Shown: positions 1 to 9,903, counted from the first letter of the stretch. The stretch: 38,508 bases of DNA from a virus (IMGVR_UViG_3300035204_002039:1-38508); one strand, 5' to 3'. The notes: generated from the letters alone by a model not told the origin. Numbers and translations are program-made.

Positions 1-1
1 T

Positions 2-229
2 TTTTATACAGGATACTATTTGGTAACAAGAATTCAACATTCAGTAACATATGGTGGTAGTTATTTAACAACAATGGAATTAGCAAAAGATACATTATTT
101 TCTAGACTTGCAAGAACGTTAGGAGCAGGGGGAGAGGGGACAGTTGCTAGAGAATTGGATATAACAGAAGAGAATCAAGAAATCTTAGATCAAATAGATT
201 CTGGTATAAATGTGGAGAATGTAGCATGA
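2..229 (+). CDS. 5'-truncated putative baseplate hub/tail protein (gene upstream of gp5)
   Basis: The frame is open from position 2 (FYTGYYLVTRIQHSVT...TTMELAKD), so the track start at 20 is internal. The G-x-Y-L-V-x-x-I-x-H...MEL motif resembles hub (gp27/gpD-like) C-termini. The stop overlaps the gp5 start (ATGA). Confidence 0.55.
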   Translation, partial: FYTGYYLVTRIQHSVTYGGSYLTTMELAKDTLFSRLARTLGAGGEGTVARELDITEENQEILDQIDSGINVENVA

Positions 230-2250
230 GTAGTTCAGATATTTTAAATAGTAGTGATAAAAAAGATTTTATGGGTCTTGGGGGATTTGTTTGGTTTTAT
301 GGTGTTGTAGAAGACAGAAAAGATCCTCTTTTTCTTGGAAGAGTTAAAGTAAGATGTATTGGTTTTCATACAGATGATAAAACACTAATACCAACAGAGG
401 ATCTTCCTTGGGCAGACATTATTCAACCAGTAACATCAGCCGCAATATCTGGAATTGGAACCACTCCTACTGGATTAGTAGAAGGTACTCATGTATTTGG
501 ATTTTTTAGAGATGGTAGAGAAGCACAAGAACCAGTTATTTTAGGAACATCTGGGGGTATACCTGAAAATTTTTCAAATCCTGAAAGAGGGTTTAATGAT
601 CCTAGAACAATTGAAGAAAGAAAAAATGCTCCATATCCTCCTCTTTATATCGATAGATTTGATTCGGGAATTCCTGCAAAAATTATAGAACATTCTCAAT
701 ATTTTGAACCGACAACTTATGAATTTGCTGGAGAAACTCCATTAAAAGATGGTAAATTGTGGTTTGGAGAAAATAAAGATAAATCGAAAATTCAAGCAAG
801 TGTTTATAGAAAACCAAAAAACACACCTCCAGGGGTAAAGCCCGAAAAAGCAAATACTGCACCAATGTTGACTGCTCAACTTTTTTCTAGAAATCCAGAT
901 GAAAATAGAATGATATTTGATAAAAATGGTATACCCATGATGTCTTTGCCTTCAACAACTTTACTTGGTTTAAATAGAATAAAATTTTTACGAAAACATC
1001 AATTTGAAGTTGGGGGCTTATATCCTGGACCACATTCTTCTTCTCATCCCCAATCTCAAATTGTTATGAAAGCTCATAGAATTGCAGGAAGTTTAAGCGC
1101 AACTCAAAACAAATTACATAAAGGAATTGAAAAAGCAATTGGAGAGCCTTGGGGAGTGCCACTAGATGGTTTTAATCCTGAATATCCTTATAATCATGTT
1201 ACATATACTGAGAGCGGACACTTATTTGAATTAGATGATTCTCCTGGTGCTGAAAGAGTTAGATTGTTACACAGAAGTCAAAGTTTTCTTGAATTTTTAC
1301 CAGATGGTTCTAGAGTTGATAATGTTGTTGGTAAGTCTTATTTTTTTGCAGATGCAGATGTACATTCTCACATTTATGGTGATGAAGTAAAACATGTTGA
1401 GGGAGCAATGAATCATGTTTATAATTCTAGAAGTGCAGGACATAATAAAATGCTTTTTGCTGGATCTGGTCATGTAGATTTAGAAATTGAAAAGGGAAAT
1501 TATACTGTTGATTTAAAAGATGGTGAGATGATAATTAAAGCAAGAAATCTTAAAGTTATTGGAACGGCAACTGATCCAGGAGCATCAAAATTTCAATTGC
1601 AACAAATGTCACCAGAATTAGGAGATTCACAGGAAGCCTTTGCTACAGAAGCGGAAAGTTGGTCTTGTAATACAGGAGATTTTTTGCTAAATTGTGCAAA
1701 TCAAACAGTTTCCCCTTTAGGAAATTCCAAAACAAATATAGGTGCAGATAGTGAAGTAACAGTAGAAGGAAGTTCAAATGAAGTAGTAAAGGGTATATTT
1801 GGAATGGGTATGAGAAAAGTGTGTGTGGGTAAACCAATTACTCTTGAAGCTACAAATCCTGCCGCTGGTGTTAAATTACATAGCGGTCCCGCAGGAGTAT
1901 CATCATCTTTAGAATTAGATGTAAGTGGAATGGCCCTCAGTACTAAACTCGGCAATGTTACTGCAGATGCAACTATAGGAAAAATTGAATTAACAGCAGG
2001 AACAAGTTTTTCTCTTGATGCGGGTACAGAAATAGAACTTAAAAATAAAAAAGGTAATATTAAAATAGATCCCACAGGACTCATTACTGTAAAAGGAATG
2101 GGTTCTGATATTCATACTTTATTAAAAAAATTATCAATGGCATTACAAAATATGACTCATCCAACTCCTGCTGGTCCAAGTGGTCCAGCATCGAATATGA
2201 GTGAAATTATGCAATTTGATGTAGAAATAGATAAGGTGTTTCAAGCATGA
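226..2250 (+). CDS. gp5: Baseplate hub/central spike protein gp5, no recognisable lysozyme domain
   Basis: N-terminal OB-fold motif FVWFYGVVEDRKDPLFLGRVKVRCIGFH...LPWA, then YPYNHVTYTESGHLFELDDSPGAERVRLLHRS and a beta-helix-like C-terminus. GGAG SD at about 214-217. Confidence 0.93.
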   Translation: MSSSDILNSSDKKDFMGLGGFVWFYGVVEDRKDPLFLGRVKVRCIGFHTDDKTLIPTEDLPWADIIQPVTSAAISGIGTTPTGLVEGTHVFGFFRDGREAQEPVILGTSGGIPENFSNPERGFNDPRTIEERKNAPYPPLYIDRFDSGIPAKIIEHSQYFEPTTYEFAGETPLKDGKLWFGENKDKSKIQASVYRKPKNTPPGVKPEKANTAPMLTAQLFSRNPDENRMIFDKNGIPMMSLPSTTLLGLNRIKFLRKHQFEVGGLYPGPHSSSHPQSQIVMKAHRIAGSLSATQNKLHKGIEKAIGEPWGVPLDGFNPEYPYNHVTYTESGHLFELDDSPGAERVRLLHRSQSFLEFLPDGSRVDNVVGKSYFFADADVHSHIYGDEVKHVEGAMNHVYNSRSAGHNKMLFAGSGHVDLEIEKGNYTVDLKDGEMIIKARNLKVIGTATDPGASKFQLQQMSPELGDSQEAFATEAESWSCNTGDFLLNCANQTVSPLGNSKTNIGADSEVTVEGSSNEVVKGIFGMGMRKVCVGKPITLEATNPAAGVKLHSGPAGVSSSLELDVSGMALSTKLGNVTADATIGKIELTAGTSFSLDAGTEIELKNKKGNIKIDPTGLITVKGMGSDIHTLLKKLSMALQNMTHPTPAGPSGPASNMSEIMQFDVEIDKVFQA

Positions 2251-2414
2251 GTAAAAAAGAAGAAGAAATTATTTTAGAACAAAAACCAATAATTAATGGT
2301 AATATGACAGAACTTTTAGAAAAAGTTGTAAATTTTAATAATGATTATTTGTCGTTTTTAAAAAATGAATTAGAAAAAGCTAAAGAAGAACAAGAAATGA
2401 GAAACAATGGCTGA
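2247..2414 (+). CDS. 55-aa charged helical hypothetical protein (absent from the ORF track)
   Basis: MSKKEEEIILEQKPIINGNMTELLEKVVNFNNDYLSFLKNELEKAKEEQEMRNNG. The ATG overlaps the gp5 stop (ATGA) and the stop overlaps the next start, so it fills the gap exactly. Confidence 0.75.
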   Translation: MSKKEEEIILEQKPIINGNMTELLEKVVNFNNDYLSFLKNELEKAKEEQEMRNNG

Positions 2415-5400
2415 ATCAGAAAATGAAGTTGTTTTAACACAAAAGGGAGCAGTTTTTGGTGGTGACACGGCAAAAGTCTTAAATCATTTTTTATCTGGAT
2501 TACAAACTTTTGGTTATAATTTTTCTGTAATTTGTGATACATTAATTCAATTTTTTCAAGCAACAAAATTATTTTTAGAATCTTTTAGAAATCCTCTTGT
2601 TGCGGGTTTAATTGAAACTATTGATTCTTTAATAGAAGCACTTGAAGAGTTACAATCTTTAGGATTTGGTAATATTAATGTTTGGCCTTGGGTGCATGGA
2701 ACATATCCTCAACAAGTAAATACTGAAAAATTAGATGAAGCAATGCTTGGTCTAATTGCCGCTATGGAAGGAATTGATATTGGAGATATTCGTTTTAGTG
2801 AACGTGGAAGGTTTGTACAGACAAAAAATGGAGAGTCTTTACTCACTCCTCAATCACAGTTTAAAAGTGCAAGTGCTAAGAATGTTTTTCAAACAAAAGA
2901 TACAATATATGATTGTTTGACAGGTATTCGTAATTTTTTTCATCCAGAATTGTGGGCGGGAACCACAACTCCTTTTTGGCTCGATAGTCCATATGATGCC
3001 GCTCAACGTAGATTAAGAGATGAAGAAGCAGGCCGAATGGGAAGTTTTGAAGCTCTATCTTCTAGAAGAGAAGAGTCAGGAGACTATGAACAATCATTAA
3101 TGGGTCAGGCCGCAGATTGGTCTAAAGATACACTTCTTGATACAATTGACTACACACAAAAAAATCTATTTGTTAGAGAATTAACTCCTGAACAAGCTAT
3201 AAACAAAATTGTTCAATCATTGTCGGCAGGCGCTCCTGATGATAATAAACCAACTGGATCTGGACCATATAAAGCATTTATGTTAATGTTTGCTCTTCCA
3301 ACAATAAATGATGTACTTCAGGTGATCCAACAATTTGCTGATTATTTTGGTTCTGTTCTCGGTGATCCACTGGTTAAAAAATTAGTTGCACCAGGAACTG
3401 GTACAAATGATAATAAACCAATGACAATTACATTAGGAGAACCTTTACATAAAGAGGGAGATTGGGATAGAGAAGATGAACAATCAATGTTTTATTATGA
3501 AGAAAGTGATTATAAACCAAGAAAACTTAAAGATGGCACATATAAATGGGGTGGTAAAATACCCATGTTTAAACCGGGTGATAGAATTATTCAAACAGGT
3601 GGTGTATTGGGATTTCATAGTTTTTCTGCTGAAGTTATAAAACATTATCCAATAGTTGTTAAAAATGGTATGATTTTACAAAATAAAGTTAAGGTAAAAG
3701 GAGCCAGAGGAGAGTTTTTAAAATCAAATCATAAACCTCTTAATTCGGCTACAGTACCTATTGTTAGATCCATTCTAACAGGAAAACCCAAGCCTAATTT
3801 TGATCCTATTTTTAGAACAGATACATTAGAAAAACCAATTGAAAGAGTAGATGGTTCATTTTTTGGAACAATTAAAGACGGCTCAACTACAATATCAGAA
3901 ATTATACCTAATGACACTACGGGACAATTTCTTAGAACCTACTGTCAAGAAATAAGGGGATTTGAAGGAGTAGATGGAGCATTGAAAGGTTCTAAAAATC
4001 ATGAAATTGAAATCTCTTATATGGACTTTATAAGAAAAATTAAAAAAGGAATGACAATTCAACATCCATTTTTAGAGCCAATGGATCTGTCTGATAGGGC
4101 TTTTGATTTTTATAATGATTCAGCATTTACGGGTTCTGAATTTTCATTTAATTATGGTAAATTATTAGATGCAATGCCATCATTAGAAGTACAGTATCGT
4201 ATTGCTAATATTAAAATTGATGGTGTTGTTATAGAAAATACAGATAATTTAACAACAACGGATCTTTTTTATTATACTAAATCAGAAGACGGTTGGCCCA
4301 ATTCTATTGGAATAAAAAAACTTGAATTTGAAATAGGATTTCTAAATTATGATGGATCATATGATACAGATTTTTTAAATATTGATATTGGAGGATTAAT
4401 AAACGTACCAAATTCAGAAGGAGGAGGAGTAAAATCTTGGCAAACAACTATACCTACAAGTAGTGATAGAATTGGTCCACCTAATCCACCTTTTGAAATA
4501 TTATCAGCAAATAAAAATATTTCTCCTAATTGGAAATATTTGAGAATATCAGATTTGTTTCCAGCATATGGACAAGTTATAAAAGAAGCAATTGGACAAG
4601 TAAAAAAGTTCAAAAAAATTGTTGAAAATGTAGCTAAAACATTAGATGAATATATAAAATTTTTAGAAAGACAAATAAAAGCAATACAGAGATTAAATGA
4701 TCAAATACAACAATTGATTGCGTTCTTTTCTAAAGGATTAAATGGAGCTGGTATTTATACAGGACAATTTGGTGGAGAGGGTGTTGCTGATTTTAGAAAG
4801 AAATTACAATCTTTAAAGATGTTACAAACCAGTCCAAATTCTTTGAATGAAATAACTTTAGATACAATTGAAACTGATACTGAAATAGAAGATCCTTTTA
4901 CTGGATTAAAGAAAACAGTTAAAAGAAAAGTTTTAAGACCAAAAACTATAAAAGCAGAAGATAGAGAAGAGCTTGATGGTATTCCAAAAGAATTAAGTGA
5001 ACTTGATAATTTAAAATATTCTGGAGCTATTGTATTTTTTGCTCAGGGTCCTGATATATCAAAGTTTGATACATTTATGAATAACTTTAATGGATTAGCG
5101 ACTCTTGGAAAAGGATTTCTTTCAAATTTATATGATACAGAACATGATATCACTAAAAGATTATCTTTACGTGTGCATGATATACAGGGACAAAAAAAAG
5201 ATGAAACTTTTGCAAATATAGAACAATTGGGATCAATTGATGAAGAATCAACTATACGAATTGTTTTTACAAATGAAACTGATGGATTAAGTAAAACTGA
5301 TAGAGACCTTCTTAATAGTCAGATGGAAAGAACTATAGATTTTTCTCCAAAAGTTCAAATGAGTAGTGTTGTACTTACAAATTCTGAAGATAATTCTGCT

Positions 5401-5745
5401 CATACAAAAAATGATTCAATTATATTATTTCAAGGAACATATGATCAAGAAGAGAGTACTGCGGATAAATTTTCTGAAGATTCTGTCTTTCATCAATTTG
5501 TAACACAGCCTAGAACAAGTATGATAGGAAGTTCACTTCCTGATGAAGATGGAAATTATGAAAAACAATATTTCAATATAGACCTTAAACCCAAAAAACC
5601 ATTAAAAAGATCAAACGACAAATATAAAATTATAGTTCAAACAAGTATCATAAATCCTGAAGGAATTGCTTTAAGAGAGAGGGCTATTCTTGAGATTGGA
5701 TTTTCTATAAATCCCGTAACTGTAAGTAGTGGAGAATTAGTTTAA
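2407..5745 (+). CDS. 1112-aa hypothetical virion-associated protein with amphipathic/coiled-coil segments and a possible C-terminal Ig-like domain
   Basis: Long ORF translationally coupled on both sides within the baseplate operon. Heptad-like segment IKEAIGQVKKFKKIVENVAKTLDEYIKFLERQIKAIQRLNDQIQQL. The C-terminus has TIRIVFTN...LKPKKPL...YKIIV. Confidence 0.6.
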   Translation: MAESENEVVLTQKGAVFGGDTAKVLNHFLSGLQTFGYNFSVICDTLIQFFQATKLFLESFRNPLVAGLIETIDSLIEALEELQSLGFGNINVWPWVHGTYPQQVNTEKLDEAMLGLIAAMEGIDIGDIRFSERGRFVQTKNGESLLTPQSQFKSASAKNVFQTKDTIYDCLTGIRNFFHPELWAGTTTPFWLDSPYDAAQRRLRDEEAGRMGSFEALSSRREESGDYEQSLMGQAADWSKDTLLDTIDYTQKNLFVRELTPEQAINKIVQSLSAGAPDDNKPTGSGPYKAFMLMFALPTINDVLQVIQQFADYFGSVLGDPLVKKLVAPGTGTNDNKPMTITLGEPLHKEGDWDREDEQSMFYYEESDYKPRKLKDGTYKWGGKIPMFKPGDRIIQTGGVLGFHSFSAEVIKHYPIVVKNGMILQNKVKVKGARGEFLKSNHKPLNSATVPIVRSILTGKPKPNFDPIFRTDTLEKPIERVDGSFFGTIKDGSTTISEIIPNDTTGQFLRTYCQEIRGFEGVDGALKGSKNHEIEISYMDFIRKIKKGMTIQHPFLEPMDLSDRAFDFYNDSAFTGSEFSFNYGKLLDAMPSLEVQYRIANIKIDGVVIENTDNLTTTDLFYYTKSEDGWPNSIGIKKLEFEIGFLNYDGSYDTDFLNIDIGGLINVPNSEGGGVKSWQTTIPTSSDRIGPPNPPFEILSANKNISPNWKYLRISDLFPAYGQVIKEAIGQVKKFKKIVENVAKTLDEYIKFLERQIKAIQRLNDQIQQLIAFFSKGLNGAGIYTGQFGGEGVADFRKKLQSLKMLQTSPNSLNEITLDTIETDTEIEDPFTGLKKTVKRKVLRPKTIKAEDREELDGIPKELSELDNLKYSGAIVFFAQGPDISKFDTFMNNFNGLATLGKGFLSNLYDTEHDITKRLSLRVHDIQGQKKDETFANIEQLGSIDEESTIRIVFTNETDGLSKTDRDLLNSQMERTIDFSPKVQMSSVVLTNSEDNSAHTKNDSIILFQGTYDQEESTADKFSEDSVFHQFVTQPRTSMIGSSLPDEDGNYEKQYFNIDLKPKKPLKRSNDKYKIIVQTSIINPEGIALRERAILEIGFSINPVTVSSGELV

Positions 5746-8700
5746 TGGCAAATAATTCAATTTCTAGAACAGGAACTTTTACTTCAAGTGGATCTGCTGG
5801 AGGTTCGGGAACATATCATTATAATCATGGTGAAAATTGGAGTAGTTCTGGATCATCTGGTTATTCTGGTGTAGATTATTATTCTAATGATGATTTTAAA
5901 AACAGTTCTATTTTTGCTAATACTGATAGTAAAATTTCTGTAACATTTTCACAAGAATTAGATAATAGTTCTGTAACTGTTTTTAATAAAGATATTGAAT
6001 TACCTTTTGATCTTCAAAATAAAAAAGGAACTATTGGATTAACACATATTGTTTCTTCGACTCTAGGAGCAACAACTGATGATAATAATTTAAAAGCCTT
6101 AAAATTAACTTCTATTCCAATAAGTATAACAGATAATGATCATTCTGATACTGCAAATCAAGAATTTGTAGAAATGGCTTCTGTTCCTTCTACAGTAGAT
6201 AATAAGACTTATGTATTTACACCAAAGGCAAATCTTTCTTCAAATACAACTTATTTTTTAAGAATGGATCCTACTAATGTACTTGATTCAACAGGAGCGA
6301 AAATTAGTTATGATATTGAAAGGGGTTTTGTTACAGATAACTCACAAAGTTTTGTAACTACAAAAGATTATTATGATGGATTTTCAATACAAATTGAAAA
6401 GGTTGATTTATCTACAGGTGAAACTGAACCCAATTCTGATGGCGTAACTGGACCCCAATTCGATTCTTTGACTTTATATCGATCATCCGGAACAGTTTCT
6501 TCAGCAACTATTTTAAAAAATTTATATACAGAAGGAACAGAATTAACATATCAATTAGATGTATCTTCATATAAAATGAATGTTGCTTATACTGCTACGG
6601 ATCCTATAGTAATTACAAATATAGATCATGGATTAGCAGATGATGATAAAATAGAAGTTTATGATGTAGTAAGTGGAAATTCAGTTAGAACAGGAACATA
6701 TACAGTAACAGAACTTACTTCAGATACATTTTCTATTCCTTTAGATGGTACAGGAAGCGATGCTGGTAGATTGAATTATTATAGAAATGTAAATAAAAAT
6801 GATTTATTTAAATGGAGTGAAGTAGAGTCTGATGTTACTTATACTGTAAGAAAAAAAGCATTATCTGTTCCTAGAAAAAACAGAAAAAATATTGATAGTG
6901 ATTTATTAGAAGCAAAGATTACAACTAAAGCAACAAGTGATGGACTAGATGATGGAACAATTTCAGGAAGAATAGGAAAAATAATAAAAGTTAATGACAA
7001 TATTATATCATTTGTTGCTGTTGATACTTCAGAATATGGTGGAAAAATAACAACTTCTGCTTTTGTTAATAATTCTATAGTTGATATTTCGACTTCTAGT
7101 AACGATATTAGATTTCATATAAAAGCAAATACTTCTCCTGATCATAATGTACATCCTTTTCATTCTTCTGCGCCTAAAGTAGTTTCTACTTTTCCCGAAG
7201 ATGGGGAATCATTTTCAAGAAAATTGAAAATTACACAAATTTCAAGAAGAGGGGCTATTGCTATTGTTTCTACAAATCATCCTCATAATTTATCTAAAGA
7301 TGCTTTTATAAAAATTGTTGATTCTACTCAAGACATTTATAATAAAACAACAAAAGTATTACTTGTTCCAACATCAAATACTTTTCATTATGATTTGGGT
7401 GCAAGTAATGATTTTTCAAATGTACAGAGTCCTGCTCCTGGAAAACCAAAACTTCAAATTAGTAATGATGATGGTACTACTTATGCAGAAAGATATAATG
7501 CTATATTTGTAAATTTTAGTCAATCTATGAATACAAGCACCGTTACGGTTTCGGATGGAACAAATTTGGTTTCGGCAGATGGAACATCGGCGGTATTTGC
7601 TGGTGGACAAGATTCTGCTTCAAGTACAATACAATTATCAGATGATGGATTTGAAACAATTGAAAATTGTGTTTCAGTAACAGCAAGTGCGGGTAATTCT
7701 GTTTTTGCAATTGTACCTGAAACTCTTAAAGCAAGACATAATTATAATATAAAAGTTAAAACAGATGTTCAAGATTTGGGAAAAACAAATAGTCTTTATC
7801 AGTTTACAACGACTGAAGGAACTACTATTGGAATAAAAGTTGTAAATCCACAGACAGGTCAAGAGACAGTATATTCGAAAGATGAAGATCCTCCAAAAAT
7901 CAAAAAAATATCTCTGGCAGGACATGTTTTAGAAAGTTCTGATTTATCTGAAATAACTTCTCCTGACAGCTATCAATCTCTTGCTATTAATCCTGGTGCT
8001 ATAGCGGTTCAATTTTCTGAAAGTATGAAAATAAATTCAGTAACTACTGCAACATCTAATACAGATCCTACAGGCACAGTATTGCTGTCTGCCGATGATT
8101 TTAGTACAGTTGTTCAAATGACTACAGATCCAGTTGTAACAACAACTGATGAAGAGAATGATACATTTACTTTTACTCCTGTGGCAAATTTATCTGCAAA
8201 TGCAGTTTATACTTTAAAAATCTTAAAAGATGTTACTGATGATTCACCAGAAGAAAATCGAATGGTACAAGATAATGTAAGTTCTATAAAAGTTCTTACC
8301 ACAAATTCTGTTCCTGCATCCTCTGATAATTATTATAGTGCAGGAGAAATTATATCTGGAGTTAGAACATTAACGATTAAAGCAAATATAGGTACACCAA
8401 CTATAGGAGTAACTGCTGGATCTACGTTTTTGGGTTTAACATCAAAAGGTAAAGGTAAGGTTTTAGATTTTACTGAAGATTCGGGAGCAATAACATCTAT
8501 TAGATATACAGAAATAGCTAGTAATGATGGATCTATTAGACCTTTGAGTCCTGGTGAAATTTGTAAAGTAAGTGATACTGTTAATTTTACAATTGATAAT
8601 GTTGCAATAACTGATCCTCCAGAAGGAAATGTTGTTTCTTTTACTTCATCAACAAGAAAATTAATTTATAGAGATAGAAGAACAACTAATGAATTTGTAT

Positions 8701-9650
8701 CAGCAAATTCAAGTGCAGAGAGAATTTTTGGAAGAACATCGGGGGGAGAAGTTTTTGCAAGTAGTTCTGGTAGTGAAGGAATAGTAGGAGAAGGATTTAA
8801 AACTACTACAACTACACCTGTAGCAAATGTGTTTTTTAGTGATGGTTCAAGTTTAGTGTCTCCTATAGATGGAAATCAAACTGGTATTGATGAAAGATCA
8901 AATCTTACTGTTACGTTTAATCAGACAATGAATGTTGAAAGCATTAATTTTAATGCAGTTGATTCAATAGTAAGAGATTCTTACAATATATTGCTTTCTT
9001 ATGATGATAGTTTTCAAAATACAATACCATTGAGTACGAATTTTACTAGGTCAAATAATGATACTGTATTTGAATTTCAACCAGCAATATTGTCAAATAC
9101 AAGTTTACAATTAACACAGAATAAAAATCTTTATGCTAAGATAACACAGACAGCAAAAAATAAAGGTGATGAAAATTTAGCAAGCACATTTTCTCCTTCA
9201 AATTATGCTAATACTACCACAGCGGTTGATTTTAAAGCAATAAATGCTTCTGTTTTTACAGAAGATGGACAAGAAGTAATATTGGGAACGGGATCTTCTG
9301 GATCTATGCCCAATCAGTCTACAATAATATCAGCAGGAACTCCTATTGTTATTCATTTTAATGAAGTTCCTAAATTGTCAACTTTTGCTTTTAATTCAGA
9401 AATAGAATTATCGACTGTTAGTGGTTTTTCTTCTTTGCAATCAGCTTGCTCTTCATTAAGTACCTCAGGTACTTATGGAACACAAATAATGATTACGCTT
9501 TCCAGTGGTGCTTTTCCTCCGAGTGGAGCGGCTTTAACTTCAGGTACACGATATTATTTGAGAATTGGTAACACAGTAGGCGGAACGAATGAGGGGGGAC
9601 AAGCACTTGATACAACTGTAGTATATTTTAATTCATTTACAATTATATAA
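5745..9650 (+). CDS. 1301-aa structural protein with about five Ig-like (Big_5/SbsA-type) domains and two E1-FCCH-like beta modules
   Basis: Repeated I-x-V-x-F-(S/N)-(Q/E)-x-(M/L) ... F-x-P-x-x-x-L-x-x-N-x-x-Y motifs (e.g. ISVTFSQEL..FTPKANLSSNTTY; IAVQFSESM..FTPVANLSANAVY). Also PIVITNIDHGL..GTYTV..DTFSI. Confidence 0.75.
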   Translation: MANNSISRTGTFTSSGSAGGSGTYHYNHGENWSSSGSSGYSGVDYYSNDDFKNSSIFANTDSKISVTFSQELDNSSVTVFNKDIELPFDLQNKKGTIGLTHIVSSTLGATTDDNNLKALKLTSIPISITDNDHSDTANQEFVEMASVPSTVDNKTYVFTPKANLSSNTTYFLRMDPTNVLDSTGAKISYDIERGFVTDNSQSFVTTKDYYDGFSIQIEKVDLSTGETEPNSDGVTGPQFDSLTLYRSSGTVSSATILKNLYTEGTELTYQLDVSSYKMNVAYTATDPIVITNIDHGLADDDKIEVYDVVSGNSVRTGTYTVTELTSDTFSIPLDGTGSDAGRLNYYRNVNKNDLFKWSEVESDVTYTVRKKALSVPRKNRKNIDSDLLEAKITTKATSDGLDDGTISGRIGKIIKVNDNIISFVAVDTSEYGGKITTSAFVNNSIVDISTSSNDIRFHIKANTSPDHNVHPFHSSAPKVVSTFPEDGESFSRKLKITQISRRGAIAIVSTNHPHNLSKDAFIKIVDSTQDIYNKTTKVLLVPTSNTFHYDLGASNDFSNVQSPAPGKPKLQISNDDGTTYAERYNAIFVNFSQSMNTSTVTVSDGTNLVSADGTSAVFAGGQDSASSTIQLSDDGFETIENCVSVTASAGNSVFAIVPETLKARHNYNIKVKTDVQDLGKTNSLYQFTTTEGTTIGIKVVNPQTGQETVYSKDEDPPKIKKISLAGHVLESSDLSEITSPDSYQSLAINPGAIAVQFSESMKINSVTTATSNTDPTGTVLLSADDFSTVVQMTTDPVVTTTDEENDTFTFTPVANLSANAVYTLKILKDVTDDSPEENRMVQDNVSSIKVLTTNSVPASSDNYYSAGEIISGVRTLTIKANIGTPTIGVTAGSTFLGLTSKGKGKVLDFTEDSGAITSIRYTEIASNDGSIRPLSPGEICKVSDTVNFTIDNVAITDPPEGNVVSFTSSTRKLIYRDRRTTNEFVSANSSAERIFGRTSGGEVFASSSGSEGIVGEGFKTTTTTPVANVFFSDGSSLVSPIDGNQTGIDERSNLTVTFNQTMNVESINFNAVDSIVRDSYNILLSYDDSFQNTIPLSTNFTRSNNDTVFEFQPAILSNTSLQLTQNKNLYAKITQTAKNKGDENLASTFSPSNYANTTTAVDFKAINASVFTEDGQEVILGTGSSGSMPNQSTIISAGTPIVIHFNEVPKLSTFAFNSEIELSTVSGFSSLQSACSSLSTSGTYGTQIMITLSSGAFPPSGAALTSGTRYYLRIGNTVGGTNEGGQALDTTVVYFNSFTII

Positions 9651-9661
9651 GGAGAAATATT

Positions 9662-9895
9662 ATGCCAATGGTTAAAACTAATTTAGTAAACGGAATAATG
9701 TCTGCACTTGCCGCAGGATCTGCTTCTGGAACGGAACAGGAAGTAGCAAACAAATTAGCTGATGCAATAGACACTTATATAAAGTCTGCAACTGTTACTA
9801 CTGAAGTTAAAACTGTAGTTACAGGAGCTACTGCTCAGGGTCCGCTTCTGCCTGGTGGGGCTGGAACGGGAACTTGCATAGGAACTCTTTCATAG
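9662..9895 (+). CDS. 77-aa hypothetical protein, possible spike-tip component
   Basis: AAGGAG SD upstream. Helix (VANKLADAIDTYIKSATV) followed by a Gly/Thr-rich beta hairpin. Lies between gp5 and gp25. Confidence 0.6.
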   Translation: MPMVKTNLVNGIMSALAAGSASGTEQEVANKLADAIDTYIKSATVTTEVKTVVTGATAQGPLLPGGAGTGTCIGTLS

Positions 9896-9903
9896 AAAAT
9901 CTT

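Noticed and set aside
205-212. TATAAATG late-promoter-like box upstream of gp5
   Set aside because: It has one mismatch and lies inside a coding region of AT-rich DNA. It is plausible but cannot be supported from sequence alone.
2345-2566. 73-aa - strand ORF spanning the gap after gp5
   Set aside because: The gap is better explained by the coupled + strand 55-aa ORF at 2247-2414.
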